A DNA stretch of 64,000 nt from Lama guanicoe (Eukaryota), in assembly GCA_013239625.1 (NCBI GenBank), contig MU053881.1, positions 14,562,373 to 14,626,372 of the forward strand. Reading direction: 5' to 3'. The position numbers and the translations under genes were made by a program. Under the pieces are notes generated by a model. That model ran no database searches. It was not told the DNA's origin and was given only the letters and a program-made list of their open reading frames with translations. Positions 1 to 10,284 of this stretch are shown here, piece by piece. Position 1 is the first letter of the stretch. The number at the start of each line of letters is the position of its first letter.

Positions 1-99
1 TTGTGATCAGTTTCATGTGATGCTTCCCCCCCAACATTTTAAAGGAAAAGCTCCTCCCCCAGCCACATTACAAATCTTTAGAACTATGATAGTTTTTAA

Positions 100-490
100 C
101 TTTTACTTATTACTAAGATATAATGTGCTATAAAATTGATCTTTAAAACGACATAGTTTATGATTTCCAACATTTGCACAGCATTTGTGCAACTGTTTCC
201 ACTAATTCCAGAACATTTTATCACCCCAAAAAGAAACCTTATGCTCATGAGCAGTCACTCCCCATACCCACCTCCGCAGCCTCTGACAACCACTAAGCTA
301 TTTTCTCTCTGTGGATTTACCAATTCTGGATATTTTGTGTAACATGTGGCCTTTTGTGTCTAGCTTCTTTCACTGGACATAATGTTTTCAAGGTTCATTA
401 TAGTATGTGTCAGGACTTCCTTCCTTTTTGCGGCTGAATAATATTTCATTGTGTGGATGGACTGTGTTTTGTTTATCTGTTCATCAAGAG
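100..490 (-). mobile_element. Old L1 (L1M-type) 3' end fragment
   Basis: Typical L1M 3'UTR antisense text (ttccagaacatttttatcaccccaaaaagaaacc...ttttcaaggttcat). Confidence 0.75.
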
Positions 491-1804
491 CCATCCTTAA
501 CAGCTGTGTGATACCTCCTGCCGTTTGTTATGAGTGGTTTTCAAGTGGGATTCTTTTGCTGATGTGCTGTTGCCCTAGAGCGTTTTCTTGTCTTTGTCCC
601 TGCCTTCTTTCTGTCCCTCCTAAGGGAGGAGCACACAGCATGAGAACAGGGCCAGGGTCATTAGAAGGCCCTGCTTGTTTAATGCCAAGGCTGGTTATCA
701 GCCGGATCTTCTCATTTTATATAAAATAACTTTTACTACTTTTTTTAACTTTTTTTTAGCTTTAAAGATCATTTTTATGTGTGGTAGAAAATCTGGGAAA
801 TAGGGAAGAAAATGAGGAAAAACTAAACTCAGTTGTAACCCTGCAACCCACAGACAAGTGCTGGTTACATTTTTAATGGGTTTTTGTAATTTCAATCAGA
901 TATATCTTGACATAAGTAGGGCCATGCTGTAGATACTGTTTTATATCTTGCCTTTTTGTTTTTCATTTAATGTTGTGCTTGGTTGCTTTATTTATAAAAT
1001 TTTAACTTCTCAGGGCCCCTCCATCTGCCCTATGGATGTCCCATAATTTATTTAACCAATGCCCCTTGTTGACTACTTAGGTTTTTTTCCACTTTTACTT
1101 CATTAGAACAGATTTCTAGAAGGATGAAACTTAGTTTTAAAGGAAAAAGTTCAGACTCATGGGCTCGCTGAGCTTTTACCAATTACTGGGTGTGTCTATA
1201 TGATGGATGTGACCTTGAAAGCAGCACGTATGAGGAATTTCTGAGGTTGGAGCAGGATGGTACATTACAGCTGAAAATGGAAGAAGTAGGCTGTGTACTA
1301 TAATCACAGCCTTATTTCTAATCTAAGGGTCAAATCAAAAAAAATATACCAAAGTGTTAATAGTGACTCTTGTGAGGAGATTTTGGGGGCTGTTTTTTCT
1401 CCTTGCTTTCTATATTTGTTTTCCCACATTCCCACTTGCTCATAATGAGCCTCTACTACTTTTATGATAAGGAAAAATGAATTTGAATTAAACATAGGCA
1501 CTTGGGTTTGCTCTTTTGCTTTGTTAAAAATGAATTTTTCTATTTTCGAAATAAAACATACTCTGCAAAAAGAAAAGAGAGAAAAAGTAATAAAAAGATA
1601 AAATTTCCCTATAGTTCTCCCACAAAGAGATGGGTGTCGGTGTTTTCTTGTGCACATGTGATACCCACAGAAGCACTGGCTGACCCAGGCCCGAACTGCA
1701 GTCACACACAAGTGCAGACACTGCCTTTGAGAGCTCTAAAATTTAGTTGGAAAGACAGACTTGGAAACAGTGATAGCCCAGAAAATTAGTTAACAATAGG
1801 AGGA

Positions 1805-1924
1805 GGGGAGGGTGTAGCTCAGTGGTAGAGTATGTGCCTAGCATGCACAAGGTCCTGGGTTCAATCCCCAGTATCTAAATAAAATAAATAAATACCCACC
1901 CACCCACCCCCAGAAAAAAAAAAA
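1805..1924 (+). mobile_element. tRNA-Ala-derived SINE (camelid Vic-1-like)
   Basis: gggagggtgtagctcagtggtagag...tagcatgcacaaggtcctgggttcaatcccc with A/B boxes and an A-rich tail. Confidence 0.85.
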
Positions 1925-2237
1925 GTTACGACAGGTGCCGTGCAGAAGGTGAGCAGGTGCTTCTGAGCCTTTTGTTGGGGAGGCCCTTCGGACCTGGAGG
2001 TCAACATGCAGGCAGAGACGACATCAGTATAGGTAGTATTGCTTTGACTAGAACAAGATTGTTCCATCTTACAACTCTGAAGGCTGTTTTGTGCACTCAG
2101 TTTCCCGACATCTTTAGGGGCCTGTCTTGGGTCCCATTAGGTGAGAATACAGCGGAGGGGAGGGTGGCAAGATGGGCAAGGCGTGCTCCCTCCCCTCCTC
2201 TCAAAGTTTATCCTCTCTTCCTCTGTCTTGGGTCTAG

Positions 2238-2338
2238 AATTCAAAATGCACACAACTCTAATGTTTCCAACAAGTTTGCCAATGACGGCAGCTTCTTGCA
2301 GCAGTTTCTGAAGTTACAGAAGGCACAGACCAGTACAG
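2238..2338 (+). CDS. SUGP1: SUGP1 exon (~exon 3); the gene start lies upstream of the window
   Basis: tctag|AATT...ACAG|gtgag; encodes [33 protein letters not shown], matching recalled SUGP1. Confidence 0.93.
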
Positions 2339-2961
2339 GTGAGTGCAGTCACCCCTGTCCCATGTCACCTCCTCCTAGAGCTCAGCCTGCCGGCTCTCTT
2401 TCACCAGGGTCCCTCAGCACCTCAGAAGTGGCAGGTCCTGCCTCAGACTTGTTCCTCTCATCCCTCGTTCATTGGGTGCCCTCATTCTGCTTGTCCCCAC
2501 ATTAAATGCCCAGCAGGAGAGTGCAGACCCTGTCCTCTCGGTTCTTACCCCAAAGGAGTGGAGACAAATAAGCCAGGGTTTGATTCGGGGTAGTAGGGGC
2601 CGTGACTAAACATGCCCCAGGGTTATGAGATTGTGGTTTAACTTAAAGCCACAGTCAGATGCAAGGAACAGGATCCTGTTCTGGGGGTGGTAAGCTGGCC
2701 GACAGGAACCTCATGGGACATGCCAGCTGTGATAATCACCACCTGTGGGAAGCCCACCCATATCTTTGGTTATGCAATTACCAGTCTCATTTTTATTGTA
2801 AGAAAGTTGTTGGTGAAATAACTGACCTTCAACCTTTGTCAGGTTTCCCAGGTAACAGCTAAGAAAATTAACCCAAGGTCAAATTTGCCCACAGAGAGGG
2901 AAGAAGGGCTGTATGAGCTCTTCACTGCAGGGTCTCAGGCTGCTTGAAAAACCCCGGAAGC

Positions 2962-3120
2962 GGGGAGGTGGGTAATAGCAATGTGGTAGAGTACATGCCT
3001 AGCATGCACAAGGTCCTGGGTTCAATCCCCAGTATCTCCATTTAAAAAAAAAAATCAGTAAATAAATAAATAAACCTAATTATCTCTTCAAAAAATAAAT
3101 TAATTAATAATAAAATAAAT
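2962..3120 (+). mobile_element. tRNA-Ala-derived SINE
   Basis: Same family body; A/AAAT tail. Confidence 0.85.
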
Positions 3121-3546
3121 AGATTTTGCTTTAAAAAGAAAAGCAAAGCCCCGAATAGTCTGGCTCCAACCCACTACTGACAACCAGAGGGAATGGTTGT
3201 AAGCTGGATGTGGGCTTTGGGTCTTATCTGGAAGAGCTGCTGCATCCATAGGCTGTGGATGCAGGTGTCAGAGGCACCTACTGCCAGAGCTGCCACATAC
3301 AGAGCCCTAGGCTGGCTTCCCCAGGTTGGGTGACCACGACAGGTTGTTCTTTTCTGAGCTTCTCTCATGCTTATCTGTAAAATAGGGGTGGCATCCTCAG
3401 TGCTTCTGAGCACTCCCTGGCTGCCAGGTGCTGTGCTGCATGCTTAGGACCCAGCCCCGGGGGCTTAGGGCATTCAGGTTAGGCAGGAAGATGGGGAAAC
3501 CTGTGCCGCAGACTTTGAGTATGGGTATCCTTCCTTATATCCCCAG

Positions 3547-3747
3547 ATGCCCCCCCCAGTGCACCTAGTGCCCCACCTCGTGTGCTCCCCCGCACTGGGA
3601 AGAGGCCACCCCTCATCAGCAGCCCTCTGGGCCAGGTGAAGAACTATGTGCATGCCAAGCAGCTGCCTGTGGCCAGCCGCCCAAGTGTCTTCCAGTCTCC
3701 TGATGAGGACGAGGAGGAGGACTATGAGCAGTGGCTGGAGATCAAAG
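3547..3747 (+). CDS. SUGP1: SUGP1 exon 4
   Basis: cccag|ATG...AAAG|gtaag; DAPPSAPS...[23 protein letters not shown]; 201 nt, phase 1-1. Confidence 0.93.
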
Positions 3748-5728
3748 GTAAGGTGCAAGGGCTGCCACCCTCTGTCCACAGTCACTCCTCCAGCTCCACA
3801 GGCAGGATCCCTGGTCAGCAGGGGCGTAGCGTGTTTGGAGCTGTGGTCGGAGGTGCTGCCAGGCCTCCAGGCTGAGCCACAGGTCAGGGTGGAGCCCTTC
3901 AGGGTGAAGGTAAAGGATGGGGTGGAGAGGGGAGTGTGGAGGGGCTGCAGAATGTGGCTTCATTCTGGGAGCTGTGGGACCATTGTCCACTCATGGGGGC
4001 TGGTCTCCATCTGGTGGAGGGTGGGATCTCAGGGCAGTGTTCACTTGTGTCCTCATCCAGTGCTAGAGGAGGAGCTCCTCAATGTTAACCTGTCTCCAGC
4101 AGTTTGGGCCAGAGGTAACAAGCCTGCAGGTTGGAGCATGTGCTCTCCTGCCCAGGGAAGGATGGTCATTGGCTTTGGGTGAGCTAGTTCAGGCCCCATG
4201 GTGGTGGAGGGCAGAGGCGGGTGGCAGTGGAGGCACTCCTTGTGCATCCAGCCCTGTCCACATTCAGAACAAGACCTCAGTGCCATCTAAGCTATGTGGA
4301 GGACTGGGCCACCTCTGCTCCAGGATGGCTGGCACAGTCATATCTCTCTAACAGTGAGAACAGACTGAAGTGACCACATTGTTATGCCATGAAAGCCTCT
4401 AGACCCGTTGCTCTGGGTAAGGGTGCTGGCTTCAGGCCATATATCTGAGCAACTCTGTGGCCAACCTCAAACTTTGGAGCATTAGTTGAATGGAGCCAGT
4501 GAGGGTGGCATTCCCTCAGAGAGATGCTCAGGCAGTTCCAACAGTACCCTGCTGGGAACTGCCGCCTTACAAAGGGCAGTGGGTGTCTCTCAAGACCCTT
4601 GAGGCTTATTATGGATTGCGATTGATGTGACCTCAAAAAAGCACATGTGCTTGTAGAGTGACCAGGTCAGGGTCATTGCCAGGCATGTGGGAGGAAGTGA
4701 GGCTAAGGGGTAAGTTGGGCACAGAATGTCTCTAGGACCACTTAGGCCACACATCGTACCATCACCCCACCTCACCCCTGAGCTTTCTGGCAGCACAAGC
4801 AACAGGGGGAATAAAATTGGCCACAGGCTTAGTGTCTAGCCCCGTTGTCAAGAGGAACAAATGTTCCTAAGGACTGACTGACATCAAGAAACTTCTTCTG
4901 GGAGTTCTCATACAAGGGACATGAGCTGTATGGTGGCTGACAGATAGCCTCAGAAACAGGCCAGTAATAAATACAAAATCAAGTTCCGTGTGGCTCAAAA
5001 CGGAGGCTAATACAACTACAAAAATATATTTTTATAGCTTTGTTCACTGAAGATTTTGTAAAGTAGTGATTAAGCCTGTTGCAGTGAGCATCCCTGGTGC
5101 CCGGAAACCACGGAAACCAGGGCTTCTTGGAGAAATGGCTGGCTCTAGGTCTGGGCAGGAAGTGTCTGAGATGATCTTGAAGCACCCTGTCCCAGCAGAT
5201 AGTGAGGAGGCCATTAGAGACTCCTGGGGTCATGGCCAAAGGCCTCAGGAGCCAGCTTGAATAGGCCCCCTGGCCATAGAGGGGCTGACTGAGCTTTTGT
5301 GATGACATTGTGAAGCCCACTGATGGGCTTCTGACTTTGTAATGATATTTTTAAAAAAGAACTTGTCATTTTTGAAGGATAACAGTGGAGTGATTTATTA
5401 TACTGAACACTGGTTTAAAAAAAATTGACCATTCCAAAAAAGGAAGGGGAGGCTGGCTGTGTTTTTTGTCGTCTCTCTCCCAGCCTGGGGATTGACTTGG
5501 CCTTTGGGAGGCTTACACACTTTTCTCCCCTCAGCATGTCTCGCAGACTGTCTAGACCGACTCACCCCTCATCATGGTGCTTTGTGCATGGACCTGGGAC
5601 GCCCGACAACCTCCCGCATTTCACCCTCTTCTCCCCCCACCCCTCTGTCCTTGTGGTCCGTAGAGAGAGTGTGCCTGTTGACTGTGGGGTGTGTGAGTTG
5701 AACCCCAGTACTGACAGCCTCCTTAAAG

Positions 5729-5852
5729 TTTCACCCCCAGAGGGAGCCGAGACTCGGAAAGTGATAGAGAAATTGGCCCGCTTTGTGGCAGAAGGAGGCC
5801 CCGAGTTAGAAAAAGTAGCTATGGAGAACTACAAGGATAACCCGGCGTTTTC
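5729..5852 (+). CDS. SUGP1: SUGP1 exon 5 (SURP1 N-terminal half)
   Basis: ttaaag|TTTCACC...TTTTC|gtaag; [41 protein letters not shown]; alternative acceptor would start at 5741. Confidence 0.92.
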
Positions 5853-6180
5853 GTAAGTATTTCTGGGAGGGGAAGGCCACTGCTACTTCTTGTTCTTGTC
5901 ACACGTTAGTACATGCAGACGTTCTTGTAAAGCCGTAGTGGTGACAGGCTGGCCGGGGCTGGGTGCTTACTTGCACAAACCAGACACTGTTTGAGCGCTT
6001 TCTAACTCACACTGGAGGTTGCAAGGGGCTCCAGTATGGCGTGGAGACTTACTTTTGGGCCCCATCAAGGTGTCTGTGCTCGCCAGCTTGCTTTTGCACA
6101 ACGTGTCTTCAGAAGCTTCATGGGTCTGCCCATCCCCGTCGCTCATCTTCCACTCTCTGTTTTGCCCAATTCCTTTCCAG

Positions 6181-6281
6181 GTTTTTGCACGATAAGAATA
6201 GCAGGGAATTCCTCTACTACAGAAAGAAGGTGGCTGAGATAAGAAAGGAAGCACAGAAGTTGCAGACAGCCTCTCAGAAAG
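6181..6281 (+). CDS. SUGP1: SUGP1 exon 6 (SURP1 C-terminal half)
   Basis: ttccag|G...AAAG|gtagg; [26 protein letters not shown]. Confidence 0.95.
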
Positions 6282-7253
6282 GTAGGTGGTTGAAGGGGGT
6301 GGGAGGTTCTAGGGAGGCGTGTGGACAAACCACACCCCATGTGGAATGGGGGTTCCTTTCCTGGAGTCTGCTGTGGCATAGGGTGGCATCAACAGCACAG
6401 GTCTGTGCCCTCCCAGGCAGCTGGGGTCATGCTGGGGCTGGCTCTGTGCTCTCTGCTGGTACTCTGAGGGTAAGGAAATCTAAGGGTCAAGGTGAAGGTC
6501 AGAATCATGTCCAGGAGCTCAGCCCTGTGCATGTAAAGGGGGCATAGGGGAGGTACACTTGCCTCTTGTTGGTTCATGGTCACTTTCACAAGTGCTATTG
6601 AGCACCTGCTGCATGCTGAGCACTGAGGACACTTAGAGACAAGCAGTGCCTAACACTGTGAAGAGGGGCCAGGGGACAGAAACGGTCAGCTGGTGAGAGC
6701 CTGGTGGGATGTGTCAGGGGAGGGGGAGATGCCAGCTGGTTTCCAGGTGTAATGAAGTGAAATCACAGCCAGGTGCTGGTGGGCAGCAGGGGTATTGATG
6801 TTTAAGCTAAATGTGGGACACAGACGGTTCATTGTGTCTGTCACTTGCAGTCCCTTGCCCTGATCTTCTCCTCAAGAGAGGAGGGCCAGGCCCACCCCTA
6901 CCATGTGACCTGGGGCTGCAGCTCCCAGCAGAAAGACCGATGTTGGGGTTCCCATCCCCTCTCCAGCCTGGACCCAGACTTTCCCTCACATTCTGTTCCC
7001 ATGTCCTAGTGTGTGCCCAAAGCCTGCAGACCTGTGGGGTGGGAAGGGTCGGGATGTGGTGGGGCGGAGGCTTAAGATATATTATTATGTTAACTATGGT
7101 ATTTGGTTCCAGTACAGTAATCTGATTCCCATTTGCCTGTTTTTCTTTGTATTGTTCCTAAAATAAACCCCTCTTGTTGCCTGTGGGGTTCTTAGCAGAA
7201 ATTAGGCTGTTGGGTGTGGTGAGTTGAGCTCAGTACTGACAGCCTGCTTAAAG

Positions 7254-7377
7254 TTTCACCCCCAGAGGACGAAGAGGTCAAGAACCTCGCAGAAAAGTTG
7301 GCCAGGTTCATAGCAGATGGGGGTCCCGAGGTGGAAACCATTGCCCTCCAGAACAACCGCGAGAACCAGGCATTCAG
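7254..7377 (+). CDS. SUGP1: SUGP1 exon 7 (SURP2 N-terminal half)
   Basis: ttaaag|TTTCACC...TTCAG|gtaag; [41 protein letters not shown]; same length (124 nt) as exon 5; missing from the ORF track. Confidence 0.92.
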
Positions 7378-10284
7378 GTAAGGATGGGGGACCTGTTGGG
7401 GAGGTGATCCCTCACCCTAGTCAGAGCTTCCCTGCTGAGAGGTGTGGTGTTGAGATGTGCTAGGGTCCCATGGCAAGAAGTTGGCAGGGCCAGGACTCAG
7501 GTCCAAGAGGTTCTGACCACAGGGTTTTAGGCCTGCCACCCCGTAGCATTCCCTGAGTGCACATTGGTGCCCTGAATCGGCTCTTGAGATGGCTGTGTGG
7601 GGACCTTTGGGGCCTTGTGCCTCACAGAGAACATCTCTAGCACTTGCCTTGCTCCCTTTATACCAGAAACAGCAGCTCCAGGCTGGGGGCAGGCCAAGCT
7701 TTCAAACAGAAACTCACGGAATTGTTCACTGTGTACATTTTTGGGGTCTCATCTTTATGATAACGGGGAATGTGGTACCTCAGACTCTGGGGAGGGGCAA
7801 CCCCCAGCCTGTGTGTACTTTCCACAGAGGGGGTAGGACAAGCCACCTGGCATCCCTGCTGTTCCCAGCCATGGAGTCACACCCCAGCCCCTCAGACTGG
7901 GTCTGTGCTCACCCGCTCTTCCATTTATTGGGTGGGTTCAGAACCTGCTCTTTGCAGGGGAAGGCTGATGGGGACGGTGCGGAGGTGGGGGTGAGGCAAT
8001 CGCTGCTGCAGGGCAGGGACTCGAAGAGGTTTGTGAGGTGGACACTGAACCCGCTGTGAGGGTGATGCACCCATAAGGACACTTTTGGCCACAAGTAACA
8101 CAAGTCCCCAGTGAGTCAGTGAGGAGATGTGATGGTGCTTGTAACAAAAAGTGCCAGAGCAGCAGCCATCTGGGCTGGTTGATTCAGCAGCTCTAGACAC
8201 CATCAGGGACTCAGGAAGAAGGAAGCAGGAGTGGATGCTGGGCAGGCGGCCAGTCGCATCTACTACATGCGAGCTAGCATGAGCTAGACGTGGGACAAAG
8301 TGAAGGGCGTTTGGAGGGACTGCCTTGCAGAAGTGAGGCAACAGAGATGGGGGCGTTGTGCCACCATGGTGGGGATTCAGGGTGAGTGTTGGCATGGTGA
8401 AGACGGGCCATGAAGCCAGGCAGGGCTGAGTCCCAGAGGGCTCAAATGTTCACTGAGAACCTTTGGAGGGTCTGCATAGGGAGTGATGGGGTCAGCTGTG
8501 CTTCCAGGGTCATCTGGCCACAGCTGCGAAGGGTGGTCAGACACACCAGGTTGAGGCAGATGAGGGCATCATCAGGTGGGGGCTGAAGGGTTCAGGTGTA
8601 CCTGTGTATGGAACATGGCCAGCTAGGAGCTTTTGTGGGGGCTGTGGGGTTTGGGTCTAGAGTTCAGGAGACCTGGGATCTCCACAACATAGTGATACCA
8701 GCCACCACTCTGCTCTACCCAAACCAGTGTTTACTTAACATTCTACTTTAATTCACATCTTACTTTTTTTTTCATTTACATAAGTTTATTTAAATGGGGA
8801 ATGTAGTGTACTGTCACTCATCATGAGAAGAGCTGATTAAAAATCTATTATAGGCAGAGTGGGTGAGGTAATGGAATTCTGTACAAGGCCCAGAGCCCAG
8901 GTGGCTCTTCCTGGTCAGAGGGGCCCCAGGGCTGAGCAGCTCCAGCTGAGCCTTTCCCCTGGGGTCAAAGCGAAGAGATGTTACCACAAGTGGCTCTAGG
9001 CCCTCCATGGTACCTTTTGTGGGACATGGCTGGCAGGCATTGGCTTGTTGAGTGTGGCCTTGATGGATGCTGGGTGGTGACAGCCAGGAGTAAGGACAGA
9101 CCCTGAGGGTACCTGGCGGAGAAGCAGCTGAGGTTGACCAGCTTGCTTTGGGCGAGCTCATTTCCATGTCAGAGCTGAACCACAGTCAGTACTCTGCATT
9201 GGGGAAGAGTAAATGAGGTAAGATCAGGTGTCCAGCCCTGTGCAAGCCATGTAGGTTCATACCAAGCAGACTGTTACATCTTCACAAAGGGTCAGGTGCA
9301 AGGCAGCTCCTCTGGCACCCCCAGATCTAATAGCCACCTCAAGTTCCTGCCACTGTTGGTCCTTTCCTGCCCTCTTGATTCCCCAGCAGCTCTGTGTTTT
9401 GAAAAACAATGGTTAACAGCTATACGTGTCCGTAAAGAAGCTGGAAATACCTATTCCTTTGACCAGTCATCCCACTTCAGAGATGCCATCCCCAGAAATA
9501 ATGTTATACGTAGCACTGTCATAGTTACGAAAAATTAGTTAACACGTTCAATATCCAGCCCCAGTGGGCTAAACTCCTATAACTGCATCTCCCCAGTGGA
9601 ATTGTGGCCATCAGAAGGCAAGTTGGAGAAGGTGATAGCAGCCAGCACACCTCAAGTCACATGTGGCTCTAACATCACCCGGGTGAACCACGTTGTTCTG
9701 TACAACAGCCTGGCATGCTGGCCTCTTACAGGTGAGGAATCCGAGGCAAGGAGGCCAGTCAGTGGAGGTGCCTTCACTACCATGCTATGTTGCATTCTAA
9801 TGGGAAAGGAAAGCCTTATGTTGTCAAGTTAAGAAATTTTTTAAAAATCAGGGTGTGGAAAATAGAATCATGGCTCTGTTCATATAAATCCACACTGGAA
9901 AAAAGTCTGGAAGGAAAGGCACCAAAGTGTTAACTTTGGTTAACCCTGAGGGTGGGATCACTCCTACTAGAGGGGGTCTTTGCACCTGTGCCCGGGGCCC
10001 ACAGTGAGCTGTTACTCCCCTCACAGACAGGCATAGCTCTCAGGGCAGGTTGGAGGAGATTCAGTGTGAATAGGCAGCTGAGGCCAGGAAGAAGCCTGTG
10101 AGCTGAGAGGAGACCCACACCGTCAGGAGCTGCCCACCTGCCCCAGTGGGCGAATCCCCCAGTCTTCTTTGCTTGGAGGAACCGGATAGCTTTGAATCCA
10201 TGCTCTGGTTGCCATGAGTCTTTTTTAAATCCAGCCATCTGCTCGCTTCCCTGTTTGAATGATTTCTTGCTTTTGTCTCTTAAC

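Noticed and set aside
1805..1880. tRNA-Ala(AGC)-like genes here and at six other sites
   Set aside because: Dispersed diverged copies with A-rich tails and TSDs indicate SINEs, not tRNA genes.
5719..5728. U12-type branch-like ctccttaa before SUGP1 exon 5, and tcttaac in HAPLN4 intron 2
   Set aside because: The upstream donors are U2-type (gtaagg, gtgagt) and lack GTATCCTT.
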